A stretch of 64,000 nucleotides of DNA, taken from Lytechinus pictus. Lineage: Eukaryota. Positions within the stretch are counted from its first letter, which is position 1. Each line of letters begins with the position of its first letter. The notes under the pieces were generated by a model. The model was not told where the DNA came from and did not search any database. It saw only the letters and a program-made list of their open reading frames with translations. The position numbers and the translations under genes were made by a program. Positions 15,001-30,000 of the stretch are shown here, piece by piece. The stretch covers positions 38,008,001-38,072,000 of the forward strand of contig NC_087251.1 of NCBI RefSeq assembly GCF_037042905.1, read 5' to 3'.

Positions 15001-18000
15001 TAGCTCCCTGGGATGTTTTAGCATCCTAACCAATTATTACAGCGAGAATCAAGAGAATCAAGACGATCCAGGAAGTTTGAATTTTCGACCCCCTCGCCCC
15101 ACCCGCGACATGGAAAATTGGGCAAAATTGGGCAAAATTGGCCAAAATTGAGCAAAATATTATTTGTTCAACATTTCCCCCGAAACCCCCCCAAATCAGC
15201 CGTCTTCGCTCCCTGGGATGTTTTAGCATCCTAACCGATTATTACAGCGAGAATCAAGAGGATCCAGGGAGTTTGAATTTTCGTCCCCCTCGCGATGGAA
15301 AATTGGGCAAAATTGGCCAAAATTGAGCAAAATATTATTGGTTCAATATTTCCCCCGAAACCCCCCCAAATCAGCCGTCGTAGCTCCCTGGGATGTTTTA
15401 GCATCCTAACCGATTATTACAGCGAGAATCAAGAGAATCAAGACGATCCAGGGAGTTTGAATTTTCGACCCCCTCGCCCCACCCGCGACATGGAAAATTG
15501 GGCAAAATTGGCCAAAATTGAGCAAAATAATATTTGTTCAATATTTCCCCCGAACCCCCCCCAAATCAGCCGTCTTCGCTCCTTGGGATGTTTTAACATC
15601 CTAACCGATTATTACAGCGAGAATCAAATGGATCCAGGGAGTTTGAATTTTCGACCCCCTCGCCCCACCCGCGAGATGGAAAATTGGGCAAAATTGGCCA
15701 AAATTGAGCAAAATATTATTTGTTCAATATTTCCCCCCAAACCCCCCGAAATCAGCCGTCTTCACTTCCTGGGATGTTTTAGCATCCTAACCGATTATTA
15801 CAGCGAAAATCAAGAGGATCCAGGGAGTTTGAATTTTCGACCCCCTCGCCCCACCCGCGACATGGAAAATTGGGCAAAATTTGCCAAAATTGAGCAAAAT
15901 ATTATTTGTTCAATACTGTATTTCCCCCGAAACCCCCCCAAATCAGCCGTCTTCGCTCCCTGGGATGTTTTAACATCCTAACCGATTATTACAGCGAGAA
16001 TCAAATGGATCCAGGGAGTTTGAATTTTCGACCCCCTCGCCCCACCCGCGACATGGAAAATTGGGCAAAATTGGCCAAAATTGAGCAAAATAATATTTGT
16101 TCAATAATTCCCCCGAAACCCCCCCAAATCAGCCGTCTTCGCTCCCTGGGATGTTTTAGCATCCTAACCGATTACTACAGCGAGAATCATGAGGATCCAG
16201 GGAGTTTGAATTTTCGACCCCCTCGCCCCACCCGCGACATGGAAAATTGGGCAAAATTGAGCAAAATATTATTTGTTCAATATTTCCCCCGAAACCCCCC
16301 CAAATCAGCCGTCGTCGCTCCCTGGGATGTTTTAGCATCCTAACCGATTACTACAGCGAGAATCATGAGAGTCCAGGGAGTTTGAATTTTAGACCCCCTC
16401 GCCCCACCCGCAACATGGAAAATTGGGCAAAATTGGCCAAAATTGAGCAAAATATTATTTGTTCAACATTTCCCCCGAAACCCCCCCAAATCAGCCGTCT
16501 TCGCTCCCTGGGATGTTTTAGCATCCTAACCGATTATTACAGCGAGAATCAAGAGAATCAAGACGATCCAAGGAGTTTGAATTTTCGACCCCCTCGCCCC
16601 ACCCGCGACATGGAAAATTGGGCAAAATTGGCCAAAATTGAGCAAAATAATATTTGTTCAATATTTCCCCCCAAACCCCCCCAAATCAGCCGTCTTCACT
16701 CCCTGGGATGTTTTAGCATCCTAACCGATTATTACAGCGAGAATCAAGAGGATCCAGGGAGTTTGAATTTTCGACCCCCTCGCCCCACCCGCGACATGGA
16801 AAATTGGGCAAAATTGGCCAAAATTGAGCAAAATATTATTTGTTCAATATTTCCCCCGAAACCCCCCCAAATCAGCCGTCGTAGCTCCCTGGGATGTTTT
16901 AGCATCCTAACCGATTATTACAGCGAGAATCAAGAGGATCCAGGGAGTTTGAATTTTAGTCCCCCTCGCGATGGAAAATTGGGCAAAATTGGCCAAAATT
17001 GAGCAAAATATTATTTGTTCAATATTTCCCCCGAAACCCCCCCAAATCAGCCGTCGTAGCTCCCTGGGATGTTTTAGCATCCTAACCGATTATTACAGCG
17101 AGAATCAAGAGAATCAAGACGATCCAGGGAGTTTGAATTTTCGACCCCCTCGCCCCACCCGCGACATGGAAAATTGGGCAAAATTGGCCAAAATTGAGCA
17201 AAATAATATTTGTTCAATATTTCCCCCGAACCCCCCCCAAATCAGCCGTCTTCGCTCCTTGGGATGTTTTAACATCCTAACCGATTATTACAGCGAGAAT
17301 CAAATGGATCCAGGGAGTTTGAATTTTCGACCCCCTCGCCCCACCCGCGAGATGGAAAATTGGGCAAAATTGGCCAAAATTGAGCAAAATATTATTTGTT
17401 CAATATTTCCCCCCAAACCCCCCGAAATCAGCCGTCTTCACTTCCTGGGATGTTTTAGCATCCTAACCGATTATTACAGCGAGAATCAAGAGGATCCAGG
17501 GAGTTTGAATTTTCGACCCCCTCGCCCCACCCGCGACATGGAAAATTGGGCAAAATTGGCCAAAATTGAGCAAAATATTATTTGTTCAATATTTCCCACG
17601 AAACCCCCCCAAATCAGCCGTCTTCGCTCCCTGGGATGTTTTATCATCCTAACCGATTATTACAGCGAGAATCAAGAGAATCAAGAAGATCCAGGAAGTT
17701 TGAATTTTCGACCCCCTCGCCCCACCCGCGACATGGAAAATTGGGCAAAATTTGCCAAAATTGAGCAAAATATTATTTGTTCAATATTTCCCCCGAAACC
17801 CCCCCAAATCAGCCGTCGTAGCTCCCTGGGATGTTTTAGCATCCTAACCGATTATTACAGCGAGAATCAAGAGGATCCAGGGAGTTTGAATTTTCGTCCC
17901 CCTCGCGATGGAAAATTGGGCAAAATTTGCCAAAATTGAGCAAAATAATATTTGTTCAATATTTCCCCCGAAACCCCCCCAAATCAGCCGTCTTCGCTCC

Positions 18001-21000
18001 CTGGGATGTTTTAACATCCTAACCGATTATTACAGCGAGAATCAAATGGATCCAGGGAGTTTGAATTTTCGACCCCCTCGCCCCACCCGCGACATGGAAA
18101 ATTGGGCAAAATTGGCCAAAATTGAGCAAAATAATATTTGTTCAATAATTCCCCCGAAACCCCCCCAAATCAGGCGTCTTCGCTCCCTGGGATGTTTTAG
18201 CATCCTAACCGATTACTACAGCGAGAATCATGAGGATCCAGGGAGTTTGAATTTTCGACCCCCTCGCCCCACCCGCGACATGGAAAATTGGGCAAAATTG
18301 AGCAAAATATTATTTGTTCAATATTTCCCCCGAAACCCCCCCAAATCAGCCGTCGTCGCTCCCTGGGATGTTTTAGCATCCTAACCGATTACTACAGCGA
18401 GAATCATGAGAGTCCAGGGAGTTTGAATTTTAGACCCCCTCGCCCCACCCGCAACATGGAAAATTGGGCAAAATTGGCCAAAATTGAGCAAAATATCATT
18501 TGTTCAACATTTCCCCCGAAACCCCCCCAAATCAGCCGTCTTCGCTCCCTGGGATGTTTTAGCATCCTAACCGATTATTACAGCGAGAATCAAGAGAATC
18601 AAGACGATCCAAGGAGTTTGAATTTTCGACCCCCTCGCCCCACCCGCGACATGGAAAATTGGGCAAAATTGGCCAAAATTGAGCAAAATAATATTTGTTC
18701 AATATTTCCCCCCAAACCCCCCCAAATCAGCCGTCTTCACTCCCTGGGATGTTTTAGCATCCTAACCGATTATTACAGCGAGAATCAAGAGGATCCAGGG
18801 AGTTTGAATTTTCGACCCCCTCGCCCCACCCGCGACATGGAAAATTGGGCAAAATTGGCCAAAATTGAGCAAAATATTATTTGTTCAATATTTCCCCCGA
18901 AACCCCCCCAAATCAGCCGTCGTAGCTCCCTGGGATGTTTTAGCATCCTAACCGATTATTACAACGAGAATCAAGAGGATCCAGGGAGTTTGAATTTTCG
19001 TCCCCCTCGCGATGGAAAATTGGGCAAAATTGGCCAAAATTGAGCAAAATATTATTTGTTCAATATTTCCCCCGAAACCCCCCCAAATCAGCCGTCGTAG
19101 CTCCCTGGGATGTTTTAGCATCCTAACCAATTATTACAGCGAGAATCAAGAGAATCAAGACGATCCAGGGAGTTTGAATTTTCGACCCCCTCGCCCCACC
19201 CGCGACATGGAAAATTGGGCAAAATTGGCCAAAATTGAGCAAAATAATATTTGTTCAATATTTCCCCCGAACCCCCCCCAAATCAGCCGTCTTCGCTCCT
19301 TGGGATGTTTTAACATCCTAACCGATTATTACAGCGAGAATCAAATGGATCCAGGGAGTTTGAATTTTCGACCCCCTCGCCCCACCCGCGAGATGGAAAA
19401 TTGGGCAAAATTGGCCAAAATTGAGCAAAATATTATTTGTTCAATATTTCCCCCCAAACCCCCCGAAATCAGCCGTCTTCACTTCCTGGGATGTTTTAGC
19501 ATCCTAACCGATTATTACAGCGAGAATCAAGAGGATCCAGGGAGTTTGAATTTTCGACCCCCTCGCCCCACCCGCGACATGGAAAATTGGGCAAAATTTG
19601 CCAAAATTGAGCAAAATATTATTTGTTCAATATTTCCCCCGAAACCCCCCCAAATCAGCCGTCGTATCTCCCTGGGATGTTTTAGCATCCTAACCGATTA
19701 TTACAGCGAGAATCAAGAGGATCCAGGGAGTTTGAATTTTCGTCCCCCTCGCGATGGAAAATTGGGCAAAATTGGGCAAAATTGAGCAAAATATTATTTG
19801 TTCAATATTTCCCCCGAAACCCCCCCAAATCAGCCGTCGTAGCTCCCTGGGATGTTTTAGCATCCTAACCCATTATTACAGCGAGAATCAAGACAATCAA
19901 GACGATCCAGGGATTATGAATTTTCGACCCCCTCGCCCCACCCGCGACATGGAAAATTGGGCAAAATTGGCCAAAATTGAGCAAAATATTATTTGTTCAA
20001 TATTTCCCCCGAAACCCCCCCAAATCAGCCGTCGTAGCTCCCTGGGATGTTTTAGCATCCTAACCGATTATTACAGCGAGAATCAAGAGGATCCAGGGAG
20101 TTTGAATTTTCGACCCCCTCGCCCCACCCGCGACATGGAAAATTGGGCAAAATTGGCCAAAATTGAGCAAAATAATATTTGTTCAATATTTCCCCCCAAA
20201 CCCCCCCAAATCAGCCGTCTTCACTCCCTGGGATGTTTTAGCATCCTAACCGATTATTACAGCGAGAATCAAGAGGATCCAGGGAGTTTGAATTTTCGAC
20301 CCCCTTGCCCCACCCGCGACATGGAAAATTGGGCAAAATTGGCCAAAATTGAGCAAATTATTATTTGTTCAATATTTCCCCTGAAACCCCCCCAAATCAG
20401 CCGTCGTAGCTCCCTGGGATGTTTTAGCATCCTAACCGATTATTACAGCAAGAATCAAGAGGATCCAGGGAGTTTGAATTTTCGTCCCCCTCGCGATGGA
20501 AAATTGGGCAAAATTGGCCAAAATTGAGCAAAATATTATTTGTTCAATATTTCCCCCGAAACTCCCCCAAATCAGCCGTCGTAGCTCCCTGGGATGTTTT
20601 AACATCCTAACCGATTATTACAGCGAGAATCAAGAGGATCCAGGGAGTTTGAATTTTCGTCCCCCTCGCGATGGAAAATTGGGCAAAATTGGGCAAAATT
20701 GAGCAAAATAATATTTGTTCAATATTTCCCACGAAACCCCCCCAAATCAGCCGTCTTCGCTCCCTGGGATGTTTTAACATCCTAACCGATTATTACAGCG
20801 AGAATCAAGAGAATCAAGAAGATCCAGGAAGTTTGAATTTTCGACCCCCTCGCCCCACCCGCGACATGGAAAATTGGGCAAAATTTGCCAAAATTGAGCA
20901 AAATAATATTTGTTCAATATTTCCCCCGAAACCCCCCCAAATCAGCCGTCTTCGCTCCCTGGGATGTTTTAACATCCTAACCGATTATTACAGCGAGAAT

Positions 21001-24000
21001 CAAATGGATCCAGGGAGTTTGAATTTTGGACCCCCTCGCCCCACCCGCGACATGGAAAATTGGGCAAAATTGGCCAAAATTGAGCAAAATAATATTTGTT
21101 CAATAATTCCCCCGAAACCCCCCCAAATCAGCCGTCTTCGCTCCCTGGGATGTTTTAGCATCCTAACCGATTACTACAGCGAGAATCATGAGGATCCAGG
21201 GAGTTTGAATTTTCGACCCCCTCGCCCCACCCGCGACATGGAAAATTGGGCAAAATTGAGCAAAATATTATTTGTTCAATATTTCCCCCAAAACCCCCCC
21301 AAATCAGCCGTCGTCGCTCCCTGGGATGTTTTAGCATCCTAACCGATTACTACAGCGAGAATCATGAGGATCCAGGGAGTTTGAATTTTCGACCCCCTCG
21401 CCCCACCCGCGACATGGAAAATTTGGCAAAATTGGCCAAAATTGAGCAAAATATTATTTGTTCAATATTTCCCCCGAAACCCCCCAAAATCATCCGTCTT
21501 CGCTCCCTGGGATGTTTTAGCATCCTAACCGATTATTATAGCGAGAATCAAGAGAATCAAGAGGATCCAGGGAGTTTGAATTTTCGACCCCCTCGCCCCA
21601 ACCGCGACATGGAAAATTGGGAAAAATTGAGCAAAATAATATTTGTTCAATATTTCCCCCGAAACCCCCCCAAATCAGCCGTCTTCGCTCCCTGGGATGT
21701 TTTAGCATCCTAACCGATTATTACAGCGAGAATCAAGAGAATCAAGACGATCCAAGGAGTTTGAATTTTCGACCCCCTCGCCCCACCCGCGACATGGAAA
21801 ATTGGGCAAAATTGGCCAAAATTGAGCAAAATAATATTTGTTCAATATTTCCCCCCAAACCCCCCCAAATCAGCCGTCTTCACTCCCTGGGATGTTTTAG
21901 CATCCTAACCGATTATTACAGCGAGAATCAAGAGGATCCAGGGAGTTTGAATTTTCGACCCCCTCGCCCCACCCGCGACATGGAAAATTGGGCAAAATTG
22001 GCCAAAATTGAGCAAAATATTATTTGTTCAATATTTCCCCCGAAACCCCCCCAAATCAGCCGTCGTAGCTCCCTGGGATGTTTTAGCATCCTAACCGATT
22101 ATTACAGCGAGAATCAAGAGGATCCAGGGAGTTTGAATTTTCGTCCCCCTCGCGATGGAAAATTGGGCAAAATTGGCCAAAATTGAGCAAAATATTATTT
22201 GTTCAATATTTCCCCCGAAACCCCCCCAAATCAGCCGTCGTAGCTCCCTGGGATGTTTTAGCATCCTAACCGATTATTACAGCGAGAATCAAGAGAATCA
22301 AGACGATCCAGGGAGTTTGAATTTTCGACCCCCTCGCCCCACCCGCGACATGGAAAATTGGGCAAAATTGGCCAAAATTGAGCAAAATAATATTTGTTCA
22401 ATATTTCCCCCGAACCCCCCCCAAATCAGCCGTCTTCGCTCCTTGGGATGTTTTAACATCCTAACCGATTATTACAGCGAGAATCAAATGGATCCAGGGA
22501 GTTTGAATTTTCGACCCCCTCGCCCCACCCGCGAGATGGAAAATTGGGCAAAATTGGCCAAAATTGAGCAAAATATTATTTGTTCAATATTTCCCCCCAA
22601 ACCCCCCGAAATCAGCCGTCTTCACTTCCTGGGATGTTTTAGCATCCTAACCGATTATTACAGCGAAAATCAAGAGGATCCAGGGAGTTTGAATTTTCGA
22701 CCCCCTCGCCCCACCCGCGACATGGAAAATTGGGCAAAATTTGCCAAAATTGAGCAAAATATTATTTGTTCAATACTGTATTTCCCCCGAAACCCCCCCA
22801 AATCAGCCGTCTTCGCTCCCTGGGATGTTTTAACATCCTAACCGATTATTACAGCGAGAATCAAATGGATCCAGGGAGTTTGAATTTTCGACCCCCTCGC
22901 CCCACCCGCGACATGGAAAATTGGGCAAAATTGGCCAAAATTGAGCAAAATAATATTTGTTCAATAATTCCCCCGAAACCCCCCCAAATCAGCCGTCTTC
23001 GCTCCCTGGGATGTTTTAGCATCCTAACCGATTACTACAGCGAGAATCATGAGGATCCAGGGAGTTTGAATTTTCGACCCCCTCGCCCCACCCGCGACAT
23101 GGAAAATTGGGCAAAATTGAGCAAAATATTATTTGTTCAATATTTCCCCCGAAACCCCCCCAAATCAGCCGTCGTCGCTCCCTGGGATGTTTTAGCATCC
23201 TAACCGATTACTACAGCGAGAATCATGAGAGTCCAGGGAGTTTGAATTTTAGACCCCCTCGCCCCACCCGCAACATGGAAAATTGGGCAAAATTGGCCAA
23301 AATTGAGCAAAATATTATTTGTTCAACATTTCCCCCGAAACCCCCCCAAATCAGCCGTCTTCGCTCCCTGGGATGTTTTAGCATCCTAACCGATTATTAC
23401 AGCGAGAATCAAGAGAATCAAGACGATCCAAGGAGTTTGAATTTTCGACCCCCTCGCCCCACCCGCGACATGGAAAATTGGGCAAAATTGGCCAAAATTG
23501 AGCAAAATAATATTTGTTCAATATTTCCCCCCAAACCCCCCCAAATCAGCCGTCTTCACTCCCTGGGATGTTTTAGCATCCTAACCGATTATTACAGCGA
23601 GAATCAAGAGGATCCAGGGAGTTTGAATTTTCGACCCCCTCGCCCCACCCGCGACATGGAAAATTGGGCAAAATTGGCCAAAATTGAGCAAAATATTATT
23701 TGTTCAATATTTCCCCCGAAACCCCCCCAAATCAGCCGTCGTAGCTCCCTGGGATGTTTTAGCATCCTAACCGATTATTACAGCGAGAATCAAGAGGATC
23801 CAGGGAGTTTGAATTTTAGTCCCCCTCGCGATGGAAAATTGGGCAAAATTGGCCAAAATTGAGCAAAATATTATTTGTTCAATATTTCCCCCGAAACCCC
23901 CCCAAATCAGCCGTCGTAGCTCCCTGGGATGTTTTAGCATCCTAACCGATTATTACAGCGAGAATCAAGAGAATCAAGACGATCCAGGGAGTTTGAATTT

Positions 24001-27000
24001 TCGACCCCCTCGCCCCACCCGCGACATGGAAAATTGGGCAAAATTGGCCAAAATTGAGCAAAATAATATTTGTTCAATATTTCCCCCGAACCCCCCCCAA
24101 ATCAGCCGTCTTCGCTCCTTGGGATGTTTTAACATCCTAACCGATTATTACAGCGAGAATCAAATGGATCCAGGGAGTTTGAATTTTCGACCCCCTCGCC
24201 CCACCCGCGAGATGGAAAATTGGGCAAAATTGGCCAAAATTGAGCAAAATATTATTTGTTCAATATTTCCCCCCAAACCCCCCGAAATCAGCCGTCTTCA
24301 CTTCCTGGGATGTTTTAGCATCCTAACCGATTATTACAGCGAGAATCAAGAGGATCCAGGGAGTTTGAATTTTCGACCCCCTCGCCCCACCCGCGACATG
24401 GAAAATTGGGCAAAATTTGCCAAAATTGAGCAAAATATTATTTGTTCAATATTTCCCACGAAACCCCCCCAAATCAGCCGTCTTCGCTCCCTGGGATGTT
24501 TTATCATCCTAACCGATTATTACAGCGAGAATCAAGAGAATCAAGAAGATCCAGGAAGTTTGAATTTTCGACCCCCTCGCCCCACCCGCGACATGGAAAA
24601 TTGGGCAAAATTTGCCAAAATTGAGCAAAATATTATTTGTTCAATATTTCCCCCGAAACCCCCCCAAATCAGCCGTCGTAGCTCCCTGGGATGTTTTAGC
24701 ATCCTAACCGATTATTACAGCGAGAATCAAGAGGATCCAGGGAGTTTGAATTTTCGTCCCCCTCGCGATGGAAAATTGGGCAAAATTTGCCAAAATTGAG
24801 CAAAATAATATTTGTTCAATATTTCCCCCGAAACCCCCCCAAATCAGCCGTCTTCGCTCCCTGGGATGTTTTAACATCCTAACCGATTATTACAGCGAGA
24901 ATCAAATGGATCCAGGGAGTTTGAATTTTCGACCCCCTCGCCCCACCCGCGACATGGAAAATTGGGCAAAATTGGCCAAAATTGAGCAAAATAATATTTG
25001 TTCAATAATTCCCCCGAAACCCCCCCAAATCAGCCGTCTTCGCTCCCTGGGATGTTTTAGCATCCTAACCGATTACTACAGCGAGAATCATGAGGATCCA
25101 GGGAGTTTGAATTTTCGACCCCCTCGCCCCACCCGCGACATGGAAAATTGGGCAAAATTGAGCAAAATATTATTTGTTCAATATTTCCCCCGAAACCCCC
25201 CCAAATCAGCCGTCGTCGCTCCCTGGGATGTTTTAGCATCCTAACCGATTACTACAGCGAGAATCATGAGAGTCCAGGGAGTTTGAATTTTAGACCCCCT
25301 CGCCCCACCCGCAACATGGAAAATTGGGCAAAATTGGCCAAAATTGAGCAAAATATTATTTGTTCAACATTTCCCCCGAAACCCCCCCAAATCAGCCGTC
25401 TTCGCTCCCTGGGATGTTTTAGCATCCTAACCGATTATTACAGCGAGAATCAAGAGAATCAAGACGATCCAAGGAGTTTGAATTTTCGACCCCCTCGCCC
25501 CACCCGCGACATGGAAAATTGGGCAAAATTGGCCAAAATTGAGCAAAATAATATTTGTTCAATATTTCCCCCCAAACCCCCCCAAATCAGCCGTCTTCAC
25601 TCCCTGGGATGTTTTAGCATCCTAACCGATTATTACAGCGAGAATCAAGAGGATCCAGGGAGTTTGAATTTTCGACCCCCTCGCCCCACCCGCGACATGG
25701 AAAATTGGGCAAAATTGGCCAAAATTGAGCAAAATATTATTTGTTCAATATTTCCCCCCAAACCCCCCGAAATCAGCCGTCTTCACTTCCTGGGATGTTT
25801 TAGCATCCTAACCGATTATTACAGCGAGAATCAAGAGAATCAAGACGATCCAAGGAGTTTGAATTTTCGACCCCCTCGCCCCACCCGCGACATGGAAAAT
25901 TGGGCAAAATTGGCCAAAATTGAGCAAAATATTATTTGTTCAATATTTCCCCCGAAACCCCCCCAAATCAGCCGTCGTAGCTCCCTGGGATGTTTTAGCA
26001 TCCTAACCGATTATTACAGCGAGAATCAAGAGGATCCAGGGAGTTTGAATTTTCGTCCCCCTCGCGATGGAAAATTGGGCAAAATTGGCCAAAATTGAGC
26101 AAAATATTATTTGTTCAATATTTCCCCCGAAACCCCCCCAAATCAGCCGTCGTAGCTCCCTGGGATGTTTTAGCATCCTAACCAATTATTACAGCGAGAA
26201 TCAAGAGAATCAAGACGATCCAGGGAGTTTGAATTTTCGACCCCCTCGCCCCACCCGCGACATGGAAAATTGGGCAAAATTGGCCAAAATTGAGCAAAAT
26301 AATATTTGTTCAATATTTCCCCCGAACCCCCCCCAAATCAGCCGTCTTCGCTCCTTGGGATGTTTTAACATCCTAACCGATTATTACAGCGAGAATCAAA
26401 TGGATCCAGGGAGTTTGAATTTTCGACCCCCTCGCCCCACCCGCGAGATGGAAAATTGGGCAAAATTGGCCAAAATTGAGCAAAATATTATTTGTTCAAT
26501 ATTTCCCCCCAAACCCCCCGAAATCAGCCGTCTTCACTTCCTGGGATGTTTTAGCATCCTAACCGATTACTACAGCGAGAATCAAGAGGATCCAGGGAGT
26601 TTGAATTTTCGACCCCCTCGCCCCACCCGCGACATGGAAAATTGGGCAAAATTTGCCAAAATTGAGCAAAATATTATTTGTTCAATATTTCCCCCGAAAC
26701 CCCCCCAAATCAGCCGTCGTAGCTCCCTGGGATGTTTTAGCATCCTAACCGATTATTACAGCGAGAATCAAGAGGATCCAGGGAGTTTGAATTTTCGTCC
26801 CCCTCGCGATGGAAAATTGGGCAAAATTGGGCAAAATTGAGCAAAATATTATTTGTTCAATATTTCCCCCGAAACCCCCCCAAATCAGCCGTCGTAGCTC
26901 CCTGGGATGTTTTAGCATCCTAACCCATTATTACAGCGAGAATCAAGACAATCAAGACGATCCAGGGATTATGAATTTTCGACCCCCTCGCCCCACCCGC

Positions 27001-30000
27001 GACATGGAAAATTGGGCAAAATTGGCCAAAATTGAGCAAAATATTATTTGTTCAATATTTCCCCCGAAACCCCCCCAAATCAGCCGTCGTAGCTCCCTGG
27101 GATGTTTTAGCATCCTAACCGATTATTACAGCGAGAATCAAGAGGATCCAGGGAGTTTGAATTTTCGACCCCCTCGCCCCACCCGCGACATGGAAAATTG
27201 GGCAAAATTGGCCAAAATTGAGCAAAATAATATTTGTTCAATATTTCCCCCCAAACCCCCCCAAATCAGCCGTCTTCACTCCCTGGGATGTTTTAGCATC
27301 CTAACCGATTATTACAGCGAGAATCAAGAGGATCCAGGGAGTTTGAATTTTCGACCCCCTTGCCCCACCCGCGACATGGAAAATTGGGCAAAATTGGCCA
27401 AAATTGAGCAAATTATTATTTGTTCAATATTTCCCCTGAAACCCCCCCAAATCAGCCGTCGTAGCTCCCTGGGATGTTTTAGCATCCTAACCGATTATTA
27501 CAGCAAGAATCAAGAGGATCCAGGGAGTTTGAATTTTCGTCCCCCTCGCGATGGAAAATTGGGCAAAATTGGCCAAAATTGAGCAAAATATTATTTGTTC
27601 AATATTTCCCCCGAAACCCCCCCAAATCAGCCGTCGTAGCTCCCTGGGATGTTTTAACATCCTAACCGATTATTACAGCGAGAATCAAGAGGATCCAGGG
27701 AGTTTGAATTTTCGTCCCCCTCGCGATGGAAAATTTGGCAAAATTGGGCAAAATTGAGCAAAATAATATTTGTTCAATATTTCCCACGAAACCCCCCCAA
27801 ATCAGCCGTCTTCGCTCCCTGGGATGTTTTAACATCCTAACCGATTATTACAGCGAGAATCAAGAGAATCAAGAAGATCCAGGAAGTTTGAATTTTCGAC
27901 CCCCTCGCCCCACCCGCGACATGGAAAATTGGGCAAAATTTGCCAAAATTGAGCAAAATAATATTTGTTCAATATTTCCCCCGAAACCCCCCCAAATCAG
28001 CCGTCTTCGCTCCCTGGGATGTTTTAGCATCCTAACCGATTACTACAGCGAGAATCATGAGGATCCAGGGAGTTTGAATTTTCGACCCCCTCGCCCCACC
28101 CGCGACATGGAAAATTGGGCAAAATTGAGCAAAATATTATTTGTTCAATATTTCCCCCAAAACCCCCCCAAATCAGCCGTCGTCGCTCCCTGGGATGTTT
28201 TAGCATCCTAACCGATTACTACAGCGAGAATCATGAGGATCCAGGGAGTTTGAATTTTCGACCCCCTCGCCCCACCCGCGACATGGAAAATTTGGCAAAA
28301 TTGGCCAAAATTGAGCAAAATATTATTTGTTCAATATTTCCCCCGAAACCCCCCCAAATCATCCGTCTTCGCTCCCTGGGATGTTTTAGCATCCTAACCG
28401 ATTATTATAGCGAGAATCAAGAGAATCAAGAGGATCCAGGGAGTTTGAATTTTCGACCCCCTCGCCCCAACCGCGACATGGAAAATTGGGAAAAATTGAG
28501 CAAAATAATATTTGTTCAATATTTCCCCCGAAACCCCCCGAAATCAGCCGTCTTCGCTCCCTGGGATGTTTTAGCATCCTAACCGATTATTACAGCGAGA
28601 ATCAAGAGAATCAAGACGATCCAGGGAGTTTGAATTTTCGACCCCCTCGCCCCACCAGCGACATGGAAAATTGGGCAAAATTTGCCAAAATTGAGCAAAA
28701 TAATATTTGTTCAATATTTCCCCCCGAAACCCCCCCAAATCAGCCGTCTTCGCTCCCTGGGATGTTTTAGCATCCTAACCGATTACTACAGCGAGAATCA
28801 TGAGGATCCAGGGAGTTTGAATTTTCGACCCCCTCGCCCCACCCGCGACATGGAAAATTGGGCAAAATTGGCCAAAATTGAGCAAAATAATATTTGTTCA
28901 ATATTTCCCCCGAAACCCCCCCAAATCAGCCGTCTTCGCTCCCTGGGATGTTTTAACATCCTAACCGATTATTACAGCGAGAATCAAATGGATCCAGGGA
29001 GTTTGAATTTTCGACCCCCTCGCCCCACCCGCGACATGGAAAATTGGGCAAAATTGGCCAAAATTGAGCAAAATAATATTTGTTCAATATTTCGCACGAA
29101 ACCCCCCCAAATCAGCCGTCTTCGCTCCCTGGGATGTTTTATCATCCTAACCGATTATTACAGCGAGAATCAAGAGAATCAAGAGGATCCAGGAAGTTTG
29201 AATTTTCGACCCCCTCGCCCCACCCGCGACATGGAAAATTGGGCAAAATTGGCCAAAATTGAGCAAAATAATATTTGTTCAATATTTCCCCCGAAACCCC
29301 CCCCAAATCAGCCGTCTTCGCTCTTTGGGATGTTTTAACATCCTAACCGATTATTACAGCGAGAATCAAATGGATCCAGGGAGTTTGAATTTTCGACCCC
29401 CTAGCCCCACCCGCGATATGGAAAATTGGGCAAAATTGGCCAAAATTGAGCAAAATAATATTTGTTCAATAATTCCCCCGAAACCCCCCCAAATCAGCCG
29501 TCTTCGCTCCCTGGGATGTTTTAGCATCCTTACCGATTACTACAGCGAGAATCATGAGGATCCAGGGAGTTTGAATATTGGACCCCCTCGCCCCACCCGT
29601 GACATGGAAAATTGGGCAAAATTGGCCAAAATTGAGCAAAATATTATTTGTTCAATATTTCCCCCGAAACCCCCCCCAAATCAGCCGTCGTAGCTCCCTG
29701 GGATGTTTTAGCATCCTAACTGATTATTACAGCGAGAATCAAGAGGATCCAGGGAGTTTGAATTTTCGTCCCCCTCGCGATGGGAAATTGGGCAAAATTG
29801 GCCAAAATTGAGCAAAATATTATTTGTTCAATATTTCCCCCGAAACCCCCCCAAATCAGCCGTCGTAGCTCCCTGGGATGTTTTAGCATCCTAACCGATT
29901 ATTACAGCGAGAATCAAGAGAATCAAGACGATCCAGGGAGTTTGAATTTTCGACCCCCTCGCCCCACCCGCGACATGGAAAATTGGGCAAAATTGGCCAA